A stretch of DNA of 64,000 bases, from NCBI GenBank assembly GCA_046116545.1, contig CP175956.1:257734-321733 (forward strand), written 5' to 3'. The stretch comes from Candidatus Moraniibacteriota bacterium. Lineage in GTDB: Bacteria; Patescibacteriota; Minisyncoccia; Moranbacterales; GCA-2747515. Every line of letters begins with the position of its first letter. The first letter of the stretch is position 1. Positions 49,553 through 59,273 of the stretch are shown here, in pieces. The notes below the pieces were generated by a model. That model made no database searches, had not been told where the DNA came from, and saw only the letters and a list, made by a program, of their open reading frames with translations. A program made the position numbers and the translations under genes.

Positions 49553-52500
49553 CTACTTGTTGTGCATACACCATTCGTATGCATTTTGAAACATCTTCAG
49601 CCATGGTGCTACGTGACCATTTGCGTGAAGTTCACGTTTCATATCTTCTGGCAGATAATGACACTCCCATGACAGAAACGTTCGTTCAGGATGTGGCATC
49701 ATCGCGAGATGACGACCGTCTTCTGAACACATGCCCGCCAGACCTTCTGGAGAGCCGTTTGGATTAAACGGATAGTCTTCTGTTGCCCAACCAGCATCGT
49801 CAACATAGACAATCGGCAAAAGCTTTTTCACTTTCAAATCATCAATCATATCATGATTTGGAAAATGTAATTTACCCTCACCATGAGCAACATTGATTCC
49901 AAAAGTCAATCCTTCCATACCCTTGAACATAATTGACTGACTCTTCTCAATTGTTACAGTTGACCACCTTGACTCAAATTTCTGCGAATCATTGTGAATA
50001 AACCGTGGCTGATCCTCCGGTGCAATCCCACGCCATGGAACCCAACCAAGGAGTCCAAACAATTGACAACCATTACATATACCCAATGAGAAAGTATCTG
50101 TACGATTATAAAATTCTTTAAAAATCGCACTAACTTTTTTATTGAACTTGATTGTCGCTGCCCAACCCTTGGCTGACTCTGGTACATCTGCATAAGAAAA
50201 TCCACCTACAGCAGCAAGACCTACAAACTGATTTAAATCTTTTACCTTACCAGTAAGTAAATCAGTCATTGTAATATCCCACGGTTCAAATCCCGCAGCA
50301 TAAAACGCCGATGTCATTTCACGATCAGAGTTACTTCCCTCTTCACGCAAAATTGCCACCTTTGGTTTATCGGTTGCATCCAAAACTTCCTGCGAAGTAA
50401 CTTGAGGCGTAAAAGGCACAATATACTTTGGACCAGATCGATCAAAAATATTTTCCTTTTCTGCATCAGCACACGCTGGATTTTTCTGAATACGTTCCAG
50501 TTGATACGAAGTCTCTTCCCATTCTTGGCGAAGAATTTTCATATCTTCAGACAGAACTGTGGCACAGTCATACTTAATTTGAATTAACTGTTTCTTAGTT
50601 GTTTCTCCGATTACATACACACCTCCATGATGAGCGCCATGAGCACAGATAGTAGTAAAAACTTCATTAACATTACTATTCTCACACTCAATCACAATAC
50701 CTAACTCCTCCGCAAACAATCGCGGAATTAACATCCTAAATGGTGCATGACATTTTGCAAGATCAATATTTATCCCACAATTACCAGAAAACGCCATCTC
50801 AAGCAATGTTGCAATCAAGCCACCATCACTCACGTCATGTCCAGCAAGAATTAAACCTTTACTAATCAATTCTTGAATAGCTAGAAATGCATTAGCTACT
50901 AATCCCGGATCATCCATATCTGGTGATTCATCACCAATTTGACCCCGAGTCTGAGCTAGTGCAGTTCCACCAAGACGCATTTTACCATCGGAAAGATCAA
51001 TAAAAATAAGTTTGCTCTCACCTGGCTTCTTAATGTCTGGTGTCACAACTTTTGTGATGTCATCCATCGCACCATAAAGAGAAATAACAAGCTCACGTGG
51101 TGATTTCACTGTTTCATCACCCACAATTGTCGCCATTGACATACTATCTTTTCCGCCGTCAACTGCGATACCAATTTTTTCCATTGATCCACACATTGCC
51201 CTAGTGGCATCATTGAGAGCAGCTCCTTCACCCGGAAGCTTTGGCGCCCACATCCAGTTTGCACTGCATTTAATCTGCTCTAGATCCAATCCACCAGCCC
51301 ACATCAGGTTTGTCAGTGCTTCACCGACAGCCATACGTGCTCCAGCAGCGGGATTCACCATCATCTTAATCGCTTGCTCACCAATTGCTGTCGCTCCACC
51401 TGTAAGTCCAAAATGACTCTGCGCAACCACTGCAACATCTGCAAGTGGTAGTTGCAACGGTCCAACACATTGTTGTTGTGCTATAAGTCCCGTTACAGAC
51501 CGATCAACTTTATTCGTGAGAAACCGTTTTGAACCAACAGACACAAGTCGTAAAACATCATGCAATGCACTCCTAACGGTCACACCATCAGGAAGTACAA
51601 ATGGTTCAAGTTTCATCGGAACATGGTTGTCCTCAAAAGTTTTCTGTGGCATGCCACCGAGTACCTTTGAAAGATCGAGATTAACTGGTGTCGTATTGTC
51701 ATTACTATCTCGTACAACAAATTGCATATCACCAGTTACTTCACCAAGTACTTCACAACCAACTTTTTCACGATCGCAAATTGCTTGAAAATGTTTAATA
51801 TTTTCTGGACTAATGAGAAATCCATTTCGTTCCTGAAATTCAGCAACATAGATTTCCAATACAGACATCGTCGGGTCACCAACATTAATATTACGAATGT
51901 TAATAACACCACCCGATTTTTCAACAAGTTCTTTAAGAACATTTGCTGGACCACCAGCACCTTGATCATGAATAACATCAATGAGAGTTTTATATCCCAT
52001 TTCATTACAAGCTCGGATAACACGATTCATCTTTTGTTCCATTTCCGCGTCACCACGTTGCACTGCATTAAAATCAAGTTCAGCAGCCTGTTCACCTTGA
52101 AGCATACTCGAAGCAGCTCCACCACCAAATCCAACACGATAAGCAGGACCACCCACCTGTACAATACGCATTCCTTTCTTTTGCGTATCTTTCTCAGTAT
52201 GTCGTGCATCAATTTGACCTATGCCACCAGTAAACATAATAGGCTTTAGAAAGCCCCAACGCTCACCACCAGGTAACCGCATATCAAATGATCGCGTAAA
52301 ACCTTGAATCATTGGCTCACCAAACTTATTTCCATAGTCTGACGCGCCATCACTTGCCTCGATCTCAATCTGTCGAGCTCTAGCCAAGTTATCTGGATAT
52401 TCAAACCCAGCAGTTTCCCATGGTAATTCGTAACCATCAATATGCAAATTTGCTACACAATACCCTGATGTACCAGCTACCACAAATCCGCCCTTTCCTG

Positions 52501-53413
52501 TTCCCTGAATATCGCGAATACGACCTCCAGCTCCAGTCTCTGCTCCAGGAAATGGAGCAACGCCAGTCGGAAAATTATGTGTCTCTGCAGTAAGCATCAA
52601 ATGATACGTTGTAGTCTGCATAGAAAAAGTTGATACTTCGCCAGGATTATTTGGGATAAGCGTATCAATCGTAGATCCCTCAATTACACTTGAATTATCT
52701 TTGAACGATACAACACTGCCTTTGGGATGCTTTTTGAGAGTTTCTTTTACAAGATCAAACAAAGTGTCTTCTTGTAAATATCCATCAATTTTCAACCTCC
52801 CACCAAAATATCCATGACGAGAATGTTCCGAATTTGCATTATTGAGATCCATAATCTCAACAATTGTTGGATTACGATTATGTTCTCCAACAAAATAATT
52901 ATAATAGAAATTACGATCATGTTCATCCATAGAAATGCCTGGAATATTCGTTAATGCACCTGGACCACCACGTTTCATGTTAACATCATACACTTTTTCA
53001 GGCTTAATGCCTGTATCAAATGTAGTTAATATTTTTTCATAGACCATTTCTGTCATACGATCATAATGATCCGCAACAAAACTAGGTCTATTAGCATCTT
53101 CACCTAGCACATATCGCCTTGATCTCTCAATGCGTGTGACCATAGTCAGGCCAACAGTATGACAAATTGATACCATATTAGAAGACCATGCTGTAGTACG
53201 ATTGAGAGTTGTTCCAATCTCAACAATACGATCACACTCATTTAACTGTGAAACAGCTGTGATGGATTTATAATCAAATCCATCTGCAAGTACGCCTATC
53301 AATATTTGCACTTGAGAATCACTTAGAGCACCCTCAAGCTCAATATTAAAACAATATTCATCACAACCAACAACGCCTTTTTTCCTGTACATTTGAATCA
53401 CATTTCTCTTCAT
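49553..53413 (-). CDS. purL: Phosphoribosylformylglycinamidine synthase, large fused type
   Basis: NSEHSRH, ETHNFPT, HDQGAGG, DGGKDSMSM, HDVSDGG, glutaminase GICNGCQ and MMPHPER; 1286 aa. Confidence 0.97.
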   Translation of the reverse strand: MKRNVIQMYRKKGVVGCDEYCFNIELEGALSDSQVQILIGVLADGFDYKSITAVSQLNECDRIVEIGTTLNRTTAWSSNMVSICHTVGLTMVTRIERSRRYVLGEDANRPSFVADHYDRMTEMVYEKILTTFDTGIKPEKVYDVNMKRGGPGALTNIPGISMDEHDRNFYYNYFVGEHNRNPTIVEIMDLNNANSEHSRHGYFGGRLKIDGYLQEDTLFDLVKETLKKHPKGSVVSFKDNSSVIEGSTIDTLIPNNPGEVSTFSMQTTTYHLMLTAETHNFPTGVAPFPGAETGAGGRIRDIQGTGKGGFVVAGTSGYCVANLHIDGYELPWETAGFEYPDNLARARQIEIEASDGASDYGNKFGEPMIQGFTRSFDMRLPGGERWGFLKPIMFTGGIGQIDARHTEKDTQKKGMRIVQVGGPAYRVGFGGGAASSMLQGEQAAELDFNAVQRGDAEMEQKMNRVIRACNEMGYKTLIDVIHDQGAGGPANVLKELVEKSGGVINIRNINVGDPTMSVLEIYVAEFQERNGFLISPENIKHFQAICDREKVGCEVLGEVTGDMQFVVRDSNDNTTPVNLDLSKVLGGMPQKTFEDNHVPMKLEPFVLPDGVTVRSALHDVLRLVSVGSKRFLTNKVDRSVTGLIAQQQCVGPLQLPLADVAVVAQSHFGLTGGATAIGEQAIKMMVNPAAGARMAVGEALTNLMWAGGLDLEQIKCSANWMWAPKLPGEGAALNDATRAMCGSMEKIGIAVDGGKDSMSMATIVGDETVKSPRELVISLYGAMDDITKVVTPDIKKPGESKLIFIDLSDGKMRLGGTALAQTRGQIGDESPDMDDPGLVANAFLAIQELISKGLILAGHDVSDGGLIATLLEMAFSGNCGINIDLAKCHAPFRMLIPRLFAEELGIVIECENSNVNEVFTTICAHGAHHGGVYVIGETTKKQLIQIKYDCATVLSEDMKILRQEWEETSYQLERIQKNPACADAEKENIFDRSGPKYIVPFTPQVTSQEVLDATDKPKVAILREEGSNSDREMTSAFYAAGFEPWDITMTDLLTGKVKDLNQFVGLAAVGGFSYADVPESAKGWAATIKFNKKVSAIFKEFYNRTDTFSLGICNGCQLFGLLGWVPWRGIAPEDQPRFIHNDSQKFESRWSTVTIEKSQSIMFKGMEGLTFGINVAHGEGKLHFPNHDMIDDLKVKKLLPIVYVDDAGWATEDYPFNPNGSPEGLAGMCSEDGRHLAMMPHPERTFLSWECHYLPEDMKRELHANGHVAPWLKMFQNAYEWCMHNK

Positions 53414-53416
53414 CTC

Positions 53417-54229
53417 TCAATCCTCCTGTATGATTTTTACAATCTTTCTCTCTAAGCCGTTATTCTGCTTAACTGTTTCTAACCTTAATCGATTTTCTAC
53501 AAAAAGCTGAATACATTCAGGGAATAATTCATATTCCTCTTGTAATCCTCGCTTTTTAAATGAATCAATATCACTATTAGGTAAAACTGAAATTGCTCGC
53601 TGACCAATAATTGGACCAGTATCCTCACCGTAGTCCACAAAGTGAACTGTACAACCACCAACTTTACAGCCATAACGAATTGTATCGCCATAACCATCAA
53701 CACCTGGAAAAGCTGGTAATAATGCTGGATGAATATTCATAATCCTAGGATCATAGCTACCCTTATTCATACCATCAATTAAAAATGATGTATTAACCTG
53801 CATGAATCCTGCTAAAGCCATAAGGTCAATATTATACTCTCTAGCTTTTGCAAGAATATAATATTCTGCAATCATTTTTTTGTGAATACAATTAACTTGT
53901 TTGGAATAATTTCCATCAAACCAACTGTGAATGAATGTACTTTTTTCATAGACTTTTTTCAATCCTTCTTCAGAAGGTGTCCAAAAATTATCATACATAA
54001 CTTGTTCACCAAGATCATCAAAAATGAATGGTGGCATAGCTGCATAATCTATAACAAATGTTGGAATGCCTGCATCAACTGCCCAAAGTAAACCCTTTGC
54101 ACCATGATTATCTGCACCAACAAATGCTACTTCCGCATTAATCTGTCCAGACTTACATGCACGCACAATTGCCTGCATATTAGTTCCGCTTCCAGAAATC
54201 ATAATACCAATCCTTTTTTTCTCTGTCAT
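53417..54229 (-). CDS. purN: Phosphoribosylglycinamide formyltransferase with internal insertion
   Basis: ISGSGTNMQAI, LAGFMQ, NIHPALLPAFPG, GCTVHFVD..EDTGPII. Confidence 0.93.
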   Translation of the reverse strand: MTEKKRIGIMISGSGTNMQAIVRACKSGQINAEVAFVGADNHGAKGLLWAVDAGIPTFVIDYAAMPPFIFDDLGEQVMYDNFWTPSEEGLKKVYEKSTFIHSWFDGNYSKQVNCIHKKMIAEYYILAKAREYNIDLMALAGFMQVNTSFLIDGMNKGSYDPRIMNIHPALLPAFPGVDGYGDTIRYGCKVGGCTVHFVDYGEDTGPIIGQRAISVLPNSDIDSFKKRGLQEEYELFPECIQLFVENRLRLETVKQNNGLERKIVKIIQED

Positions 54230-54353
54230 TTCTCTCTCCTGTCTGAAATTTTAACTATTTCAACAAAACTTCTTTTGTTGTTAAAGTACATATATATAAA
54301 AAGATAGTCAATGCCCACAATGAGCTCAGACTACCTCCTTGAACACTAGTATG

Positions 54354-54376
54354 TCAGAAAAATATCTTAAAATCAA
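54354..54376 (-). repeat. 23-bp direct repeat copy 1 (promoter -35 and spacer)
   Basis: TCAGAAAAATATCTTAAAATCAA; on minus strand TTGATT-N17-CATACT. Confidence 0.8.
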
Positions 54377-54411
54377 GTCATTTACCATTTTAAAATACAT
54401 TAATACTGATG

Positions 54412-54448
54412 AAAAACACTACTGATAAATTTTATCAATAGTGTTTTT
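54412..54448 (-). terminator. Terminator after small Cys-rich ORF
   Basis: AAAAACACTACTGATAAA-t-TTTATCAATAGTGTTTTT. Confidence 0.7.
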
Positions 54449-54487
54449 GACCTTATGTATATTATTATCTATTAAGATAATTATTTT

Positions 54488-54652
54488 TCACTGTATTTTT
54501 ATGCTATCGCCTTTTGTAATTTTTTTCTCTTCAGTAGACTGTTCCTGCACCAAGTACAAAATACCCCCACAGCCAAAACACTTCTCCCTTTGTTTATAAA
54601 CTCTTATAAATTTACGACATGATCCGCATTCTTTTGACACAAGTGTATCCAT
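54488..54652 (-). CDS. Small Cys-rich (zinc-finger-like) protein, 54 aa
   Basis: Read manually: MDTLVSKECGSCRKFIRVYKQREKCFGCGVFCTWCRNSLLKREKITKGDSIKIQ; SD AAGGAGG; three CxxC. Confidence 0.7.
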   Translation of the reverse strand: MDTLVSKECGSCRKFIRVYKQREKCFGCGGILYLVQEQSTEEKKITKGDSIKIQ

Positions 54653-54760
54653 TACAACCTCCTTAGTTTGCTTTTATAAAAATAATTTTATTTTTAATAA
54701 TATACCAGTACAAAAAAGATGACTCGTTACATTCTATTTCTAAGTACGGTATACAGTGTC

Positions 54761-54783
54761 TCAGAAAAATATCTTAAAATCAA
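54761..54783 (-). repeat. 23-bp direct repeat copy 2
   Basis: Identical TCAGAAAAATATCTTAAAATCAA; minus strand TTGATT-N17-GACACT. Confidence 0.8.
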
Positions 54784-54820
54784 ATTTTTTTGAATTAATT
54801 CTATATAAAATTTAATAAAA

Positions 54821-54852
54821 CAAAAACAAGTTATTAAAATAACTTGTTTTTG
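54821..54852 (-). terminator. Terminator
   Basis: CAAAAACAAGTTATT-aa-AATAACTTGTTTTTG. Confidence 0.75.
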
Positions 54853-54878
54853 AAAACCTCGTTTATTAAGTTTTGTAC

Positions 54879-56039
54879 TTAAGCTCCACAACCTGCTTCT
54901 GCACTTGCGCCTGAAACATCAACTCCTGTACCAAATCCAGGTGCTGGAGATTCAGCTGATAATACCTCATTGCATGCTGCTGGTGGTGTATTAAATGCTG
55001 AACAAACTGCTGCTAAGATGCTAGCACTATCACGTCCACTTTGGATTTTTTCTCCATTTATAACAAGTGTTGGTGATCCTTGTACTCCATATTTCTCACC
55101 ATCTTCTTTGTGAATATTGAATTGTGGAAATTGTCCACTAACCCAACTAGCTTTATCTGCAAGTGATGCCAAAATACCATATTTAGCATCAAGTGTTTTT
55201 TCACACTGAGCTACAACTGCACTATTGATTTGCAACTTTGTCATACAAGTTTTTGCTTCTGTCTCATTTCCGCTAACTCCAGCTAAGAAACAACCTAGAT
55301 AATCATTGAATTTATTTGGTGCACTTTCTTGTATACAATATTGACGCATTTGCTCTTTCACTTCTAGCTCACCGTGCATTGCGTAATCAACAAACTTCCA
55401 TTGCATATCAATTGTATTTCCAAGTGTATCTAACACTGGCAAAATTCCTTTCTCCATCTGAGTACCGTATGGACAGTGACTCATTATAAATAATTCAACT
55501 TCTGGCTTATCTGATTTTGTCTGAACTTCAATACTTGGTATTTCTGATTCTTCACCTTCTACCACATCCTCCAATTCTTCTGCATCTATTAACTGTGGGA
55601 TAAACTTTGTTTTATCCTTAGTCATATATGATGTAACTTCTTGACCTTGTACAGTTAGTTCAATTTTGTATAAACCACTCTCTTCTGTAATTACTCCTAT
55701 AGTAACTTCAGTTCCTGGAGCAACTAAATTTTCTTCTACCATAGTCAACGCTGCTGCACTTACTTCTTCACTAATCTTATCACTTACTGGCTTTGCTTCA
55801 CTTTCTCCATCGTCACCTCTTTGCGTGAAAAATATAACAACACCAATAGCTATTACTATAACCACTAACCATACAAATATGTTACTACCTTCCGCACACT
55901 CACTTCCACAACAAGTACCTCCAACAGAAGATGTTTTTGTGCTATCTTTTTTCTCCTCAACTTTTGTCTCTTCTGTAGTTTTTACTTCTTTTTCTGCCAC
56001 AACTTCAGCATCAGCAGATGTCTTTTTTTCTTCAGCCAT
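54879..56039 (-). CDS. Membrane-anchored thioredoxin/DsbA-like protein
   Basis: TM anchor, ELFIMSHCPYG (CxxG instead of CxxC), YGVQGSPTLVING cis-Pro motif. Confidence 0.8.
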   Translation of the reverse strand: MAEEKKTSADAEVVAEKEVKTTEETKVEEKKDSTKTSSVGGTCCGSECAEGSNIFVWLVVIVIAIGVVIFFTQRGDDGESEAKPVSDKISEEVSAAALTMVEENLVAPGTEVTIGVITEESGLYKIELTVQGQEVTSYMTKDKTKFIPQLIDAEELEDVVEGEESEIPSIEVQTKSDKPEVELFIMSHCPYGTQMEKGILPVLDTLGNTIDMQWKFVDYAMHGELEVKEQMRQYCIQESAPNKFNDYLGCFLAGVSGNETEAKTCMTKLQINSAVVAQCEKTLDAKYGILASLADKASWVSGQFPQFNIHKEDGEKYGVQGSPTLVINGEKIQSGRDSASILAAVCSAFNTPPAACNEVLSAESPAPGFGTGVDVSGASAEAGCGA

Positions 56040-56117
56040 TTGTTTATTTATTACTGTTTAATAATTTGTTTATCAAAAACTAATTCAACTTCAAATTAGT
56101 TGTATTATAATATCATA

Positions 56118-56384
56118 CTATGAATTATGTGCAAAATTCAATGTCTTTATAATAGTCTTAGCAATTCTAGCAGTTGTATATCCTTCAGGGATATTTGTTT
56201 CTAAATTGAATTTTTCAACATTATCAATGTTAGTATTATTTCTTTTTAACATATCATCAATTATTGGAAAGAACTTTTCCAATAAATTATTTTCATCGAC
56301 CCAATTTTCTTCATCTATTTTATTTTCTCCATCAAGTAATACGAGAGAGACATTCTTTTCTTTCAGTTCTAATTTAATATGCAT
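56118..56384 (-). CDS. Minimal TsaB/YeaZ-like protein (88 aa)
   Basis: L.....IDDML...N..IDNVE...PEGYTTARI...I.KTL parallels TsaB GPGSFTGLRI. Confidence 0.55.
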   Translation of the reverse strand: MHIKLELKEKNVSLVLLDGENKIDEENWVDENNLLEKFFPIIDDMLKRNNTNIDNVEKFNLETNIPEGYTTARIAKTIIKTLNFAHNS

Positions 56385-56404
56385 AGTTCAAAAATTATTT
56401 CTTA

Positions 56405-56818
56405 CTATTTTTCAAAATCAACACCTTCCATAGATTCAATAATTTCAATCGCCTCATCAAAATTATTTGCGTTTAATATATTTTCTAGTGCCTTTTCCAA
56501 AGATTTATCATGCTCATCATACACAAATCCACCCTTTTCAATGTCATTTTTTAAATCAATAATTGATCCATTTAATGCTCTGTGCATAATATGCTTTGAA
56601 ATAAATCCATTTTCCATATGTCCAAAATATTTTTTGTGCAATATTGCCGCAACATCCATATAATGTTCCACTCCTATATTTTTAAAAACATTTTTAACTA
56701 ATTTACGTTTTTCCTCATACATTTTTTGTGCTTCTTCAATATCACATTCAGATTCTTTCATAATCAAAGCTTCTGGCTTAAGTGTATAATCAAAAGAATT
56801 TGGCACCATTGTTTCCAT
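56405..56818 (-). CDS. Hypothetical protein
   Basis: ORF with plausible composition; no motif. Confidence 0.6.
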   Translation of the reverse strand: METMVPNSFDYTLKPEALIMKESECDIEEAQKMYEEKRKLVKNVFKNIGVEHYMDVAAILHKKYFGHMENGFISKHIMHRALNGSIIDLKNDIEKGGFVYDEHDKSLEKALENILNANNFDEAIEIIESMEGVDFEK

Positions 56819-56873
56819 GTTTTTTATTTTAAAGTAAAAATAATAATATTTATATTATAACACTTTCACTAAA

Positions 56874-56902
56874 TTGACTATAATGTTATTTGTATATAGA
56901 AT
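56874..56902 (+). promoter_or_regulatory. Sigma-70 promoter of smpB
   Basis: TTGACT-N17-TAGAAT. Confidence 0.65.
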
Positions 56903-56936
56903 AGAGTTTAACACATAAAAATGATATACTAAATTT

Positions 56937-57380
56937 ATGTCAACCTTAGCAGTAAACAAAAAAGCAAAATTTGATTATGAATTCATAGAAAAGTATGAGG
57001 CTGGTTTAGTGTTGTTTGGTCATGAAGTTAAATCTATCAAAACTGGACATATTTCTTTGAAAGGTTCTTTTGTAACAATACATAATAATGAGATGTATCT
57101 AACAAATGCACTTGTACCGTTATATCAACATGCTGGAAATATCAAAGATTACGATCCTAATCGTTCTAGAAAGTTACTTGTCAAGAAAAGTGAAATTCGT
57201 TCTCTTATCGGAAAAAAGGCTCAAGCTGGATTGACAATGGTGCCAATTCGTGTTTATACTAAGAGAAACCTTCTGAAATTAGAATTTGCTCTCGCAAAGG
57301 GGAAAACAAAACATGACAAGAGAAATGTAATGAAAAAGCGAGATACTGATAGAAATATCGCTAGAGCGCTCAGGAGATAA
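56937..57380 (+). CDS. smpB: SsrA-binding protein SmpB
   Basis: NKKAKFDY, EAGLVL.GHEVKS, RSRKLL, AKGK..HDKR. Confidence 0.97.
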   Translation: MSTLAVNKKAKFDYEFIEKYEAGLVLFGHEVKSIKTGHISLKGSFVTIHNNEMYLTNALVPLYQHAGNIKDYDPNRSRKLLVKKSEIRSLIGKKAQAGLTMVPIRVYTKRNLLKLEFALAKGKTKHDKRNVMKKRDTDRNIARALRR

Positions 57381-57414
57381 GTGAATTGTAACTTAAAAAT
57401 TGAAAATTAATCAT

Positions 57415-57840
57415 GGGGATGACTAGCTTTCGACAGTTTGTCATCTGCTGATATGCACGTCGAGCATGTATGTTTATTCTCGTAAAACTAATATACATTT
57501 TGATTTAAGTGCAAACTTTATCAATAAGGCAAAAGTAGCATTTGCTAACGCATTTGCACCATCTTTTGCACCGTCTCTCGCGTAATAAACGCTTGAGCCA
57601 TCACACGAGCTGAGCGTCTCATAAGTTCATTGTGGTGTCATATTTTTGAGGCTCGCTCTTTATTGGTATCTTTGACGATTTAGAGTTAAACTTCAAAGAT
57701 AGATTAATAGATCTTTTGACTGTTTTGCTACTATTAATTGAACCTGTCTTTTTGCAAAGACTTGCAAAACATGTCCAAGCGTGTGAAGAGTATTATCAGA
57801 TTTACAAATTTGGACGTGGGTGCAATTCCCACCATCTCCA
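57415..57840 (+). ncRNA. ssrA: tmRNA; tag reading frame 57511-57588 (ANFINKAKVAFANAFAPSFAPSLA**)
   Basis: 5' GGGGATG..TTCGAC, 3' GACGTGGGTGCAATTCCCACCATCTCCA with G3.U70 pair; directly after smpB. Confidence 0.93.
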
Positions 57841-57888
57841 CATAGTTTAATTTTCAATTTTCAATTTATAATTTAAAACCTTTTACTT

Positions 57889-58434
57889 ATGCGTAGACGA
57901 TTTAGACGAAAACCAAAGAGAAGTTCCAGAGTTCCACAAATGCGTGCGAATGAACGTATTTTTGCTAAACAAGTTATCTTAATTGATCACAAAGGTGAAC
58001 ATATTGGTGAAATAGATACAAAAGAAGCTCTTGAAATGGCTCAAGAAGCAGGACTTGATCTCGTAGAAGTATCTCCCAAAGCAAAGCCTCCTGTATGTAA
58101 AATACTTGATTACGGTAAATTCCAATACACTCAAGCAAAGCAGCACCGCCAAAGCCAAGCAGCACAAAAAACTGTTAGCACAAAAGGTGTTCGTATCGGA
58201 CTTCGTACAGATACTCATGATTTAGAGTTCAAGAAAAAACAAGCTGAAAAATTCCTAGGTAAAGGAAATAAAGTAAAAATTGAAATAGTTTTAAGAGGCC
58301 GAGAAAAAGCGCATCAAGGATTAGCTAGAAAAAATATAACTGAATTCTTAGAAACACTAGAAATTCCATTTAGAACAGAAGAAGAAGTGAAGAAATTCCC
58401 TGGTGGTTTTAATACAATTATTGCACCAGAATAA
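57889..58434 (+). CDS. infC: Translation initiation factor IF-3
   Basis: NERI, LDLVEVSP.AKPPVCKILDYGKF, GNKVK...RGRE. Confidence 0.97.
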   Translation: MRRRFRRKPKRSSRVPQMRANERIFAKQVILIDHKGEHIGEIDTKEALEMAQEAGLDLVEVSPKAKPPVCKILDYGKFQYTQAKQHRQSQAAQKTVSTKGVRIGLRTDTHDLEFKKKQAEKFLGKGNKVKIEIVLRGREKAHQGLARKNITEFLETLEIPFRTEEEVKKFPGGFNTIIAPE

Positions 58435-58437
58435 CAT

Positions 58438-58466
58438 TTGACAAAATACCCTATTTCATATAGAAT
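58438..58466 (+). promoter_or_regulatory. Sigma-70 promoter of rpmI-rplT
   Basis: TTGACA-N17-TAGAAT. Confidence 0.7.
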
Positions 58467-58540
58467 TTACCAACAGTTATTGATTTTAACCAATTACACA
58501 ATTTTTTGATGTGATTGTATATTTATTTAGATAAAATATT

Positions 58541-58732
58541 ATGCCAAAGAGAAAAAGTAACCGAGCAATGATGAAAAAAATCAAGATTTCTAAAAACGGC
58601 AAAATAAAACGTCGTTCAACAGGTCAGAACCATTTCAATGGTAAAGAGTCTGGTAATACGACTCGAAGTAAAAGGAGTGATAAAAGACTTTTCAAGACAG
58701 ATGAAAAAAATGTTAGAAAAGCACTAGTTTAA
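58541..58732 (+). CDS. rpmI: 50S ribosomal protein L35
   Basis: MPKRKS..., GKIKRR..GQNHFN; between infC and rplT. Confidence 0.9.
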   Translation: MPKRKSNRAMMKKIKISKNGKIKRRSTGQNHFNGKESGNTTRSKRSDKRLFKTDEKNVRKALV

Positions 58733-58785
58733 TTATATTAATATCGTACGAACACATTGAAATGTGTTTCTACTAACTACTAAAT

Positions 58786-59130
58786 ATGGCAAGAGTAAAA
58801 CGAGGAGTTGCTGCAAGTAAACGCAGAAAGAATCTCCTAAAGCTTACAAAAGGTTTCAAATGGCGCAGAAGCACTCATTATCGTGCAGCTAAAGAAGCAG
58901 TTCTAAAAGCAGGTAAATATAAATACCGTGATAGAAGAACTAAAAAACGAACAATGCGTAATCTATGGGTATTGAGACTAAATAATGCACTGAAACTACA
59001 TGGAGAAAGATACTCAATATTTATCCACAAGATGAAAACAAAAAATGTTGACTTGGATAGAAAAGTATTGTCAGAACTAGCAATGGAAAATCCAAAAGCA
59101 TTTGAATTATTTGTAAAAGAAGTTAAATAA
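58786..59130 (+). CDS. rplT: 50S ribosomal protein L20
   Basis: MARVKRG, YRDRR.KKR.MRNLW, LDRKVLSELA. Confidence 0.97.
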   Translation: MARVKRGVAASKRRKNLLKLTKGFKWRRSTHYRAAKEAVLKAGKYKYRDRRTKKRTMRNLWVLRLNNALKLHGERYSIFIHKMKTKNVDLDRKVLSELAMENPKAFELFVKEVK

Positions 59131-59154
59131 TTCACACTACAAATTAGAAAAATT

Positions 59155-59182
59155 AACCATTCCTTCGAAGGGGTGGTTTTTT
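59155..59182 (+). terminator. Terminator after rplT
   Basis: AACCATTCC-ttcgaa-GGGGTGGTT followed by T-tract. Confidence 0.75.
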
Positions 59183-59273
59183 TACTATTGACTTTCATAA
59201 AAAACCATGCTATAAATAACTTTCGTGCAAAAAAAAGAACTGTACTTTAACTTAATCATAGAAGGAGATAGAT

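Noticed and set aside
54230-54350. Known purine-related riboswitch (purine, ZTP, PRPP) upstream of purN
   Set aside because: I could not find the conserved cores by eye; only a generic hairpin is supported.
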